In this document: positions 1 through 11,829 of the stretch, in pieces | Position numbering within the stretch: the stretch's first letter is position 1 | Layout of the letters: every line of letters starts with the position of its first letter | NCBI RefSeq assembly: GCF_016433145.1 | Contig: NC_058130.1 | Location: 84,962,545 to 85,026,544 of the forward strand | Source of the DNA: Gracilinanus agilis | Lineage: Eukaryota | Length of the DNA: 64,000 nt | Direction of reading: 5' to 3' | Made by a program: the position numbers and the translations under genes | The notes under the pieces: model-generated | The model's database searches: none | What the model saw: only the letters and a program-made list of their open reading frames with translations | Told to the model about the DNA's origin: nothing

Positions 1-400
1 ACCCATTGACAAACCTGGCCTGGGCTCTAGGCACCCGGCCGGTCCTCGGCGGTGTGGCTCCCTGGCCCTGCTCCTCCCCCAAGAGAGGAGGGAGGGCGGC
101 CAGCCTGGCAGCCAGCCCGACCCCGGCACAGCTTGGAGGGAGGATGGGGGTGATTGATAATCTGGTAGTCCACAGCTGGTCCCGACTTCGGGGCTAATGG
201 CTCCTGCCCTGGGAGGAACTTGCTTTCATTTTCTCCACCTTCGAGGTCTGCCACCGAGAAAAGGAGCTGTCTTCCGGCCGCCCTCTGCCGGCCCTCGGGC
301 CTCAATGCCCGCCCCGCCCCGCCCCCCACCTGCAGACTGGACACCTGGATCCCTGTCCCAGAGCTGCTGCGGCTTAGCTGCTGAGTGACAGTGGGCAAGT
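1..400. promoter_or_regulatory. CpG-island-like promoter of an unidentified gene, probably extending beyond the left edge
   Basis: Most CpG-dense non-coding stretch of the window. Tandem GC boxes (gcccgccccgcccc, ~309-328) and an ETS/GABP-type CTTCCGG at 271-277. No recognisable coding exon. Confidence 0.6.
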
Positions 401-1446
401 CTCTTCCTCTCTCTGGGCTCAGGGTCCACACCTGTAAGACGGGACCTACTCTGGAGACAGGGGAACACTGGGGCAAGAGTGATGCCAGAGTCAGAGGACT
501 TGGATTCAGATGTTACTTCCTGGGGAACCTTGGTCCATTTCCCTGGATTTTGGTTTCCTCATCTGTAAAACGAGGAGGCTAAACCAAAGGCCTCTTCAAG
601 CCGTACATCTATGATTCCATGAATGGTTAAGAGCAGAAAGGGAACTCCTATTTTCTAGATGAAGAGCCCTGGGGGCCATCTGCTCCAACCCCACTTTCTA
701 CAGAGGGTGGAAATTGTCTTTCCAGTGTTGGCCTTTGGACCTAAAGGAAAACCTCCTAACAACCGGAGCAGAGGACAAGCAAAATGGGCAGCCTGGGGTC
801 TCCCTGGGTTCCCTAGATCTTTAGAGAACTATAGGCAGAAGCTGGATCCACAACGGTCAACTGTTAAACAAAGAACTCAAAATAGTCCTGCAATTTCTAT
901 AGCATTTGAATAATATTTTATTTTCCCCACTATTACATGTAAAGCAGTGGAAAAAAAAGGTTTTAAGTTCCAAATTCTATTCCTTTTTCTGACCCTCCCT
1001 CCCTTGCTCCCCATCCTCTCCCCTTCTCAGAGCCACAATCCATCTGATTATCATGTAAAACATTTTTCCAGATTAGTAGTTTTGTGAAAGAGATCTTAAG
1101 TGAAAAAAAAAAAAGGAAGAAAATGAAATAAGTGTTTCACTATGCATTCAGACTCCATCAGTTCTTTCTCAGAGGACAGATGGCATTTTTCCTCATGAGT
1201 CTCTGGGATTGTCTTGGATCACAGCATTGCTGAGAATAACCAGGTCATTGACAGTTGTTTGTCAAGAAATATTGCTGTCACTGTGGACAGCGCTCTCCTG
1301 GTCCTGCTCACTTCACATTGCATCAGTTCATATAGGTCTTTCCAGGTTTTTCTGAAAACATCTTGCTTGTCATTCCTTATAGCCCAATAGTATTCCATCA
1401 CCATCATATACCACAGCTTGTCAGCCATTCCCCAAATGATGGACAG

Positions 1447-2287
1447 TGTTGTGAGGGTTATTTAGCAATTAATTTAGTATTAGTGTTGGGCCTAGCAGGA
1501 AAGGTTGGAGGATTCCAAGATGGAATGAAGGAGCAGGAAGTGGGGCTTGGACTCTGAGAGAGACTCCATGGTGGTTGGGGACACAACTGTTGCTAACCCT
1601 GGGAGATCTCAGAGTTAGGGAAAACTGCATCCAGATTCCCTGGGATCCTGAGAGAAGTGGAGGCTTTCAGCAGTGGACAACAGACCTGCAGAGCAGCACC
1701 AAGTGGGGAAGTGGTTTGTGATCTGGTGGACAGCATTGCAAACTCTCTCTCCCTACCTGGGTGCCTTGGATCACCTGTCCTGGTGGAGTTGGCTCTTGGC
1801 ATCCTGAGACCATCCTTGGATTTACCATGAGATCCCAATTGAAAGCCATCCTCAGGCCCTTTAGTTGAGCTGACCAAAAGTGGCTGGAACCAGGTTTGGA
1901 GTTTTTCCCTGTGACTTCAGTACTGCTTCCTTTGGGCCCTGCCTGGCTTAGGTCAATAGAATAGTGTAGTCAAGTCCTTCCCCTGCCCCAGTGGTTTGCC
2001 CTTAGGTTGTAAGTATAAAATCCCTTATTCCCATCCTTTATTATTGTTTCCCTCAATTAAACTGTTATAAACTTTTACCTTTTGCCTGCTGGTTCCATAA
2101 GCCCTGGCCTAGGTAGGCTGAGAGACTGTTGAGCCTAACTGACATTCCTGTGACAGTTAACAGCTTGGCAGTAAACCCTGGTCTCCCTATCCTGGTTGGT
2201 CCTGTCTATCTGTCATTCCTGTCTCTTTCACCCCAGTGTGAACCCGCAAATAATAATAATTAGCATCCCTGGTATCCCACCATTACA
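1447..2287 (+). mobile_element. Solo ERV LTR (ERV1-like, 4-bp TSD) inserted into an L1 3' fragment
   Basis: Termini TGT...ACA; TSD ACAG at 1443-1446 and 2288-2291; internal TATAAAA 2014-2020 and ATTAAA 2056-2061. The L1 sequence resumes in register on both sides. Confidence 0.75.
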
Positions 2288-2380
2288 ACAGCCCATCAAA
2301 TTCCAATTCTTTGCTGCTACAAAAAGAGCTGCTATAAATATTCTTGTACAAACCACTCTGATTAGTTTGTGCTAATAGAG

Positions 2381-2581
2381 TTTTATTTTGTTTTTTAATT
2401 TTTTTTAAACCCTTGTACTTCAGTGTATTGTCTCATAGGTGGAAGATTGGTAAGGGTGGGCAATGGGGGTCAAGTGACTTGCCCAGGGTCACACAGCTGG
2501 GAAGTGGCTGAGGCCGAGTTTGAACCTAGGACCTCCTGTCTCTAGGCCTGACTCTCACTCCACTGAGCTACCCAGCTGCCC
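2381..2581 (-). mobile_element. SINE1_Mdo-like tRNA-derived SINE
   Basis: A box (tagctcagtgg), B box (ggttcaaa), CORE-like body and A-tail, on the minus strand. Confidence 0.85.
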
Positions 2582-2894
2582 TGTTTTTTAATTTTTAAAA
2601 GAAAAAATAATATAGATTTTCTGGGAGGGTCTCTAGTCCCCTAGAAGTTACATCTATGTGTAACTTGTTACCACGAATAGGGGGAAAATTGGAAGTAGAG
2701 AAATAACTTCCTCATACCCAACTGCCCTGTTATCAAATCACAGGCTAGTTTATGCTAGTAAAGTTTTGTTTCTATTTTTTTATTTTAAAAATAAAAATAA
2801 AACTTTTGTACAAATAAGTCCTTTTCCCTTTTTTCTCTTTGGGATACAGACCTAGGAATAAAGAGTATTGATGGATCAAAGGGTATGCAATTTC

Positions 2895-3073
2895 TTTTTT
2901 TTTTTTAAACCCTTGTCTTCCATCTTAGAATCAATATTCTGTATTATAGGTTTCAAGGCAGAAGAGCAGTAAGGGCTAGGCAAGGTGGTTGAGTGACTTG
3001 CCCAGGGTCACACAATTAGGAAGTGTCTGAACCCAGGACCTCACATCTCTATGCCTGGTTCTCAGTCCACTGA
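2895..3073 (-). mobile_element. SINE1_Mdo-like SINE
   Basis: Same family, older copy with poly-A tail. Confidence 0.75.
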
Positions 3074-3884
3074 TTGAATGTTCCCAGAGTATGCAATTTC
3101 TATAACATTTTGTGAAGTATTTCCCTCACAACAACTCTGTGAATGCAAGTTTTACTCTTCCCATTTTGTAGATGAGAAAACTCACTTCTTAGGAAGATGA
3201 AATAACCTGTTCAAACTTATGTAGCTCATCAATGGAGGCTTAGGGATTGAAAGGCAGATCTCCTGTTCCCAAGTCCAGTATTATGTCTACCTCACAGCAC
3301 TCCACAGTCTAACAGCTTGGAAGACATTAAGTGCCAAGCATGAGAGCCAGGCTCCCTGTGCCATGGAAATTCAAAACTGGGAAAGGTCCAAGTTGGCGGC
3401 AGCATCATTATGATAATTCCATTTCTATCCCAATAATAGGTGTTTGGCCAGTAGGACTTAGACTACTATAGAACCAATACCAGATTACAAAAATAAAACT
3501 TTAGAAAAAGCCATTTGATTGAATTTCCAGGACTTATCTTTTCTTTTTATCTCACAGTCCAGGTTTTGGACATTTCTTTAGTAGGTCCATTGAGAACCTA
3601 CTACAGTGATAATCACTCCAATTTTCCTGGTGCTTTCAGTTGAAATTTGTTTTGGTCACAGAGATGAGGTGATTTGGCTGATGGCTGAGATTCAAACCCA
3701 GATCTTTTGACTGGCAGCACTGGAGCTCTTGCCCTCCCCCTCATTATATAGTAACCTCTTGGACCTCCTCCTGGGCCCTAACAGGAAGGAGGGAACAAAA
3801 GACACAGGGCTTGACCTCAAAGACCTCCCCATTTATCTAGCTGTGGGGATCGAGATCAGCTATATACAAATACTACTGAAGACT

Positions 3885-4325
3885 ATTCATATTTTTTCTT
3901 TTTCAAAGAAAGTTTATTTTCTCAATTACATATAACAATTTTCATCATATGTTTTCTGAAATTATAAGATCCAAATTGCCTCCTTCCCTCTCTCTCTTCC
4001 CTCTCAGAAACAGTAAACAATTTGAACTGGATTATACATGTATTATTATGCAAAATATGCTCCCATATTGGTCATTGTTGTAAGAGAATACTCAGATAAA
4101 ACTAGAATCCCCAACATGTGCCACAATTTGTTCAGCCATTCGCCATTGACGGACATCCCCTCATTTCTAGTTCTTTGCCACCACAAAGAGGAGCTGCTAT
4201 AAATATTTTATAAGTGTGTCCTTTCCCCTTTTTTATGATCTCCTTAGTATGTAGACCTAGTAGTGGTATTACAAGATCAAAGGGTATACACAGTTTTATA
4301 GCCCTTTGGGCATAGTGCCAAATAG
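3885..4325 (-). mobile_element. L1 3' end fragment
   Basis: Same L1 3' sequence as other copies in the window. Confidence 0.65.
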
Positions 4326-4727
4326 CAAAGATAGGAAATGTTACTAAGCACTATACTATGTATGGATGGGAGGGTGGGAAGGCTGAAATGAGAGTCAGGA
4401 GACCTGGTTCTGGCAGCCTAGCCTTCTGACTCTAAACCTTGCAGATTTGTGGCTGGAGGAAACCTTGGAGATCACCAGTTCATACTTTATAGAGAAGAAA
4501 ACCAAATCTCATGGAGAAGTGGCTTGTCCAAAGTCATATGAAGAGCAATGATCAAGATTCAAACCTTTCTAAGGCTGCCATTGATCTCTCTCTCTATGCA
4601 GAGTGAAGTGGGGAAAACCCAGAGGATCTCTACTCAAATCCAAACTGCTTCTTCCTATCCTCACAGCCTTGGGGAAGTCATAAGAGCATAGATGTAAGAT
4701 CTGGAAGGGACTTTAAGAACACCTTTA

Positions 4728-4938
4728 GGGGGCAGATGAGTAGCTCAGTGGATTGAGAGCCAGGCCTAGAGACAGGAGGTCCTAGGTTCAAATGTGATCT
4801 CAGACACTTCCCAGCCATGTGACCCTGGGTAAGTCACTTGACTCCCATTGCCTATCCTTACCACTCTTCTGCCTTGGAGCCAATACACAGTATTGACTCC
4901 AAGATGGAAGGTAAGGGTTTAAAAAAAAAAAAAAAAAA
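4728..4938 (+). mobile_element. SINE1_Mdo-like SINE with TSD
   Basis: A/B boxes, poly-A, TSD aagaacaccttt at 4715-4726 and 4937-4948. Confidence 0.9.
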
Positions 4939-6532
4939 GAACACCTTTGGTCCAAGCCCCTCAATTTATAGATTAAGGAAGTGACCCCTGTGGGCAGCCT
5001 CAGTTTCCTCATCTGTAAATTGGGAGCAGAGGGATGGACTAGAGGACTTCTACAGTCCTTCCCAGTTCTATAAGTTCCTATATGAAATGGGGATGGTGAT
5101 AGTTAACATTTATATAATGTTTTTCATCCATTTTCATCAATCCCATGAGGTAGGTAGTGCTAGGGCTTTTAGTCCCATTTTACAGATGATAAAGCCAACG
5201 CTCAGAGATGTTATGTTATGGTTGTACTACCAGTAAGTGTTAGAGGTAGTCTCTCCTGACCCCTAAGCCCAGTGCCTTCTCTTAAATAATGCACCAATTG
5301 CCCATCTCATGAGGTCACTATGAGCAAACTAAAACTGTAAAGTCTACTTGATGAAGATGAGAATCTTATCAATAGAGGAGGAAGAGATCATTGTGGACTG
5401 GAGAATGGAAGAAATATTAATAAAGAGGGGGTAGGGAGGTAGGAAGGAGAAAATATGGGTCAGCTTTCCAGATAGTTTTTCAAGGCTTTATTCTTTCTCC
5501 TTCCTTTGTCCCACTGTTTCCCTCTCACCCAATTTTCTGTTACATAATCCAATAAACATGATAAACAGGGAAATATGTGTTGTGTGATAATACACATATA
5601 CCCTATATCATATTATCTGCCTTCTTGGGGGGAGGGAAGAGGAAAAAAGAATGAGACATAGATTTTTGGACATTAATATGAGAATGAGTTCTTCTTGAAT
5701 AGGCATATAATTTATTATATATTTCCAGTAAATCATAGGTTATGTTACATATTTTATTCTGTTATATATACAAAATATAAATATATGGTAACAAAAAAAG
5801 GTCATTGGGTTATGGGGGGGAGTCAAATTACTTGGTCACTTTGGGCCTCAGTTTTCTCACCCATAGAACAGAAAGAACATGCTTTGGCTCTTGGAAGGCT
5901 AGTCATTCAGCTCCATCTTTGTTGGGGAAACAGAGAAGGGAGCTAAAACTCATGCAAGAAGCAATGTGCTCAACAGTTTGGAGGCTGACTTGGATCCTAG
6001 GACACTAAGCTAATGGTCTCAACCATTATTTGGAATGAGCACCCCTGCTAGAGAATGGGTTTTTTCTCCTTGATGAGTAAGTAGGAAAAGGAGAGGATTT
6101 TCCCAATGGTACCTGGTCAGTTGCTGCTATGGGTGTGCTGGTTGGGATTAGGTTGTAGCTGCCTTGAGTGAGCTCAGAATGGGAAAGATTGAGAGCTTAC
6201 CAAGAAGAAAAGATGGTAGAGTGGGAATATTGTAATGGACCAAAGAGAGATGTGATTGTGTTGAAGACAAGCCCTGATTAGAACAGGATGTGATCCATAG
6301 TCTCATCCTCCAAAGGGTTGTTCATATACTTCTTAGAATTAAGTCATGGTACTGTTTGGATCATCCAATCCCCCCCCACACACACACACTTTGGAGACCA
6401 CTGCACTAAGGTTCAAGGATTCTGGACTACTCATTGAAATTCACTGCACAAGAAAAAATTCTGTCTATATAGCAGTAGACACCCAAGTTTTTCCAGCTTG
6501 CCAGGGCACATGCAAAATAGCAGGGTTCCAGA

Positions 6533-6718
6533 GGGGGCAGCTAAGTGGCTCAATGGATTGAGAGCCAGGCCTAGAGATGGGAGGTCCTGGATTCAAATCT
6601 AGCTTTCGACATTGCTTAGCTGTGTGACTATGGGAAAGTCACTTAACCTCCATTGTCTAACCCTTACCACTCTTCTGACTTGGAACCAACACAGTACTGA
6701 TATTGAGATGGAAGGTAC
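6533..6718 (+). mobile_element. SINE1_Mdo-like SINE
   Basis: A/B boxes and family body. Confidence 0.8.
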
Positions 6719-7289
6719 TGACCATGAGAATGACCTGAAATGTCCATCAGATGCTTTAAAATGTTATTCTGTTGAAGGGTAAGGATGAGTCATGGCACGA
6801 CAAGGAAAGACTCTTACCCAGTCCAACTCAAAACCCCAAGGTACAGCCTTGCACATATCGTTGTGATAAGACAAAGAAGGTATAGGTGTAACAATGGTAA
6901 AGTTTGCTTAGTGACAAAACAGAGTTTGTCCAGGATCAAAGAATCTATTCTCAGGTTTTGTCCAGCATCAAAGAGGGGGACAATCACTTTGGGGGTGTGG
7001 TTCCTGAAGGTGTTTTCCATTACTCAGAGCTTGACACAGTTGGTCTGAGGTGGCCCATGGTTCTGACATTAACAGATTGATAACAACAGAGTTCACCCTG
7101 AGTGTACACACAAAAAGGACTGTTGTTAATGTCAAGCTCACTGGAACTGCTAAGACTGGGTCTGGGAAACAGGACAGCTCAGGAAAATGAGAGGCATTAG
7201 CAAGGTGTTCATTCTGGGGTCCTGACAAAGGCAAGGGTTTAAAAACAAAAATAGCTGAGTTCCACAAGGAGAGTCAATGAATTTGGAAC

Positions 7290-8060
7290 AAGATGGCTCA
7301 GCTTCCAATCCTGCCTCCACTGGATGAACTACGTTCTCAGGTACTAAAAGAATAAGCAGGTGTGATTGCTGAGCCACTGTCACTGGTCTCTGAAAGATGG
7401 TGGACAAAGGAAGATACACCACCAGACTGATGGAAGGTCCATGAAGGCAAGAGGATAGAGCAAGAAGACTTATGGGCAAGCTGAGCTTGACTTCACTTCC
7501 TGGCCTGATTTAAGAGTGAATATTAAAAGGCTGGTCAGTAGGCTCTGAGAAAAGGAAGTTGTGCTAGTAGAGATGTAGCATGGCTTCATTAAGAACAGGC
7601 CACATCAGTCTAACTTTGATTCAAGTTTTTGATAGACTTAACGTGTAGATCAGGGAAATGCTGTAAATATAATTTATTTTAGGAAAGCATCTGGTAAAGT
7701 TTTTCATGCTATTTCTTGGGGGGGTGGGGAAATGGGGTCATGGTGGCCTAAGAGACAATGTAAGTAGATTGATTCAGGACTGGTTGACTGGCTGGACACA
7801 AAGAATAGATATTTGGGTCATTGTCAACTTTGGAAGGTCATCTCCAGGAGGCTGTCCCAGGTCTCCAAGCTCAGTCTTGGCAATTTAACATTTTTATCCA
7901 TGTTTTAGCTAAAAGCCTAGACCATGCTTATCAAGTTCACAGATACTGCAGAGCAGGGATTTAAAAAGAACATCATGGACTTCTGGTCGGGATAGTGATA
8001 GGAAAGGCTGTAAAGAAGCTCAGTTCTTCCATAGAAAGCCCCAAAAATATTTGAAATGGC
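7290..8060 (+). mobile_element. CR1/L3 LINE fossil (RT region)
   Basis: Degenerate CR1 motifs: DELRSQVLKE*AGVIAEPLS (cf. DELHPRVLKELADVIAEPLS) and VDQGNAVNIIY...GKVFH. Confidence 0.7.
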
Positions 8061-8145
8061 TCCAGAAATACCAATGACAAAGAAATGTGAAAAGACTCAG
8101 CTCTTCCATCTAGCTCAAAACTGTACAAAAACATACAGAACAAGG

Positions 8146-8336
8146 GAGAGCTAGGTGGCTCAGCAGATTGAAAGCCAAGCCTAAGAGATCCTGGGTTCAA
8201 ATTTGGCCTGAGACACTCCCTAGCTGTGTAACCCTAGGCAAGTCATTTAAACCCAGTTACCTCTAGCCCTCACCACTCTTCTGCTTTGGAACCAATACCC
8301 AATATTGGTTTTAAGATGAAAGGTGAAAAAAAAGAT
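8146..8336 (+). mobile_element. SINE1_Mdo-like SINE
   Basis: A/B boxes and A-tail. Confidence 0.8.
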
Positions 8337-9461
8337 ACAGAAGAGGGAAGGGGCTGGTATAGGAAGGTAAACCAAGGTAGCTGGCAAACCAAGAAAACCA
8401 GATGGAACTTGGGTAAACTGTCCAGAAGGCAGAAAAGGCAGGGAGAGGAAGAGAACCAGGGCTGAAGCCAGCCAGCAGGGTGACAGAGATGTCACAAGCT
8501 GATGCCTGCTCCCACAGTTGGACATCTTTGAATTTCATCTGTTGATGGAACTCTTATTTACACTCCCTCACAGATTCATGGTGAAGAAATGTCCTATAAA
8601 CTTAAAAACCTGTAGAAATGGAATTGCTATTATGTGCTATCTCAAGAGCATGCTAGGAAGAAACAAGCAGCTTCATGAAAAGAGAACCTGGTATGTAGCA
8701 GCCTTGGTTTCAAATCTTGGCTTTGCTACTTACTCTTGACACATGGGACAAGTCACTGCCCTCCTATGGTTCTGTTTCTTCATTTGTAAAATGATCTCTA
8801 ACTTGGTTCTAGCTCTAATATTTTATGGTCCTGTGAAGTAGGGCTGGGAATAATTATTAGAGGGAGTTCCCAGAATATCTGAAAGAGAACAAGATCTTTT
8901 CGTTCTTTCCAAGGTCTCTAAGGATCTCGATTTTTAAGTGTAATTGCCTTTTCTCAGTCCTCATCCTTCTTGACATCTTTTCAGTTTTTGACACTATTGG
9001 TTACCCTTTCGTCCTAGACAGTCTTTCTTCCCCTGGATTTCCTTGTTGCCGATTCTACCCTCACAATATGTCTTGAGACCATCCTTTCCTCTCCACTTAC
9101 TCAACCACCACTCAAACTTGGGCTCTCATCATCATTCACCTATTCAGTTAAAACAGTACCTACAGATTTCCAGCTGGAAGGGATCTAGAAGTCACTGAGT
9201 TCAGTGTCCTCATTTGACATTTGGTTTAACTGAGGCTAGAGAGGTTATATGACTTGTACATGAGGCAGGATTTGAATGTGATTTTTTCTGACTCCAAGTC
9301 CAAAACTTTATCCTCTAGTCTACACCATCCTGCTTCTTTTAAAATGAAGCATTCCCTGCCTTCAAAGAGCATACCTTCCAATTAATTAATAAGTAAACAA
9401 AATAGAAACTAATTATGTTAAAAATAAAAACCCATTAATTTTTAAAATAAATTTTAATTAA

Positions 9462-9659
9462 TTTTTTTTATTTTTTTTTATTTTAAACACTTAACTTCTG
9501 TGTATTGACTTATAGGTGGAATAGTGGTAAGGGTAGGCAATGGGGGTCAAGTGACTTGCCCAGGGTCACACAGCTGGGAAGTGTCTGAGGCCGGATTTGA
9601 ACCTAGGACCTCCCATCTCTAGGCCTGGCTCTCAATCCACTGAGCTACCCAGCTGCCCC
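9462..9659 (-). mobile_element. Young SINE1_Mdo-like SINE
   Basis: Near-identical to the copies at 15991 and 60378. Confidence 0.9.
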
Positions 9660-10344
9660 TAAAATTTAATTAATTTTTAAAATAAATTTAAATATTAAGT
9701 TGACTAATTAACATTTTCAATTTAATTAATTTTTAAAAATTAAGACCTGTGATTTTATCAGTTGAGTATATACCCAATGAGAAACTTCCTTTACCATCAC
9801 AGCCTAGCATCTTCTCTGTGGTTCCATTATGTCCCCTAGCAAGTTCAAGCTCCACATGATTGCGGAGACCTTGACACCAGAACCTTCTCAGGCAAAATCT
9901 CTCCCCCTTATCTAGCATATCCATACCCTAGTTTCCATGTTACTCCCAAAGTGTGACAGGTGCCCCTAGGGTTCTGCTTTTTGGGGTAGTAGTTAATAAG
10001 AACGCCACCATTTCCTCCTTTTCATTTTCAGTGGATCAGATAAGTTGCACAAGATGAGCAGGCAAAGATAGGTTATAATCTTCACCTGCATTACAGACTT
10101 TATTATATCATCTTCTTCTCCATCAACCAACCCCTTCTCCAAGCTTTCCTATTCTTTTCCAGACTCCCAAAGTATCCATTTCCTTATTATCTTTCACTCC
10201 TTACTCAACTGAAATTGCTCTCTTCAAAGCTACCATTGATATCTTCTTAATTGCCAGATCTGATGGCTTTTTTTCTAAATTCTCCTCCTTCTTGATACTG
10301 GTTGCAACTGATGACCTTCTCCTAGACAATTACTCTCTTTCCTC

Positions 10345-11040
10345 TAGGTTTCTGAAAATGATGTAATTATGTTGACTATCACACATGCCTGAACACTGAG
10401 AACACTTGAAAATAGAACTTTCTTTTTTTTAATTTAAATTTTTTATTTTGAATATTTTCCCATAGTTACATGTTTCATGAAACAGAACTTTCTAACCTGT
10501 TTAAAAGTCGTCCAAAGGAAAGGCTTCAATGGGTTTTCAACTCCTTTGTTAAAAATGTAATGCTTTCTGATTGGTTTGCAAAAGCCAACCAAGATTAACA
10601 CCAGGGAGGATGGAAATTTACTAGCTAAATTTCAACAAAAACCTTTGTATAACTGGAAGACGGGATTGAAAAGCAAGGGTTATTTAGCAATGCAAGTGAA
10701 TGATATGCTCCTCCCATTTGGATCTAACCATCTTTGTATGTAGCCATTTTTTGCAGCTGTGACAACCATTAAAATGAAATATGGAAATAAACTAAATTTA
10801 CGAGATCTTTGAATCACTGTATCACAAAGTATTAAGCTAAGATTTTTAAAATGTAATGACATATTCAATGACAATGTTCTCACTGAAATATCAATATTAA
10901 TAATATTTTACTGAGAGGAAAAGTTTTTTGAACAATTAATAAATGAAGAATTTTCAAAATATTATTTCATCTTTTCTCATTCCTTAAAATTTATATTTTC
11001 TGTGTAATTTCTGATATACATAATTAGTAGTTCTATAGGA
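10345..11040 (+). mobile_element. hAT/Charlie transposase fossil (C-terminal dimerisation region), split by a 57-bp L1 tail
   Basis: Translates to INTREDGNLLAKFQQKPLYNW and DMLLPFGSNHLC..FAAVTTIKMKYGNKLNL (Charlie-type LLPFGSTYLCE...IKTKYRNKL). The L1 tail at 10424-10480 is flanked by TSD aa(t/c)agaactttct. Confidence 0.75.
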
Positions 11041-11169
11041 ATGAATGAAAAAGTATTATTAAGTGTTTGCTATGTTCCAAATATTAAATGTTGAGGATAC
11101 AAATAGAAAAATGAGAAAGTCCCTCCCCTCAAGGGGCTCACATCCTAATAAAGAGAGTCGACATATGTC

Positions 11170-11370
11170 AGAAGGGGTGGCTCAGTGGATTGAGAGCCAG
11201 ACTTAGAGAAGGGAGGACCTAGGTTAAAATCTAGCCTCAGACACTTCCTAGCTGTATGACCCTGGGCAAGTCACTTAACCTTCATTGCCTAGCCCTTAAC
11301 ACTCTTCTGCCTTGGAACCATACATAGTATTGATTCTAAGGAGGAAAGGAAGGGTTAAAAAAAAAAAAGA
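11170..11370 (+). mobile_element. SINE1_Mdo-like SINE
   Basis: Family body and poly-A. Confidence 0.8.
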
Positions 11371-11669
11371 CAGATAGTAAGGCCCAAGAGTAGGTAGGGT
11401 AAGATATGTTCAGTAGTCTACCATATTACTAAGAGGACTGTACTTGGTGATTCCCTGCTCTTCCAAGTAGTATGAATAGACATATAACTCATCCACAATG
11501 GAGTAGGGGCTCTGGAATATCCCCTGTGGAAGTAGGGATGGGAACAACATACTGGCAGAAGGAGCATGTAGTACTCCTGGTAGGAATGGGCACTGGGGAC
11601 TGGGATGAGAGAGGGAAAATAATAACTCTCTACAGTGTCTGGTCCTGTTAAGTGCTTGGGTCAAGAGTT

Positions 11670-11815
11670 CATATATTATATATGGTAACATTATATATAT
11701 TAATAATATATTACATATAATTATATAGAGTAATATATAGTAATTACATAAATGTATTATATACAATGATATAATTATATAGAGTTATATATATATACAG
11801 AAATACATATAATAT
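11670..11815. repeat. AT-rich (TA)n-like low-complexity tract
   Basis: Almost purely A/T, with an internal repeat ataattatatagagt. Confidence 0.85.
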
Positions 11816-11829
11816 TGCAAATTTATGTT

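Larger units (their letters stand above)
955..3110 (-). mobile_element. Old L1 3' fragment interrupted by the LTR and two SINEs
   Basis: Typical marsupial L1 ORF2-end/3' UTR sequence (cagccattcccc...caaaaagagctgctataaatat...gatcaaagggtatgca). Confidence 0.7.

Noticed and set aside
1-400. RAMP3 or TBRG4 exons expected from eutherian synteny
   Set aside because: No translation in any frame resembles either protein, so no symbol was assigned.
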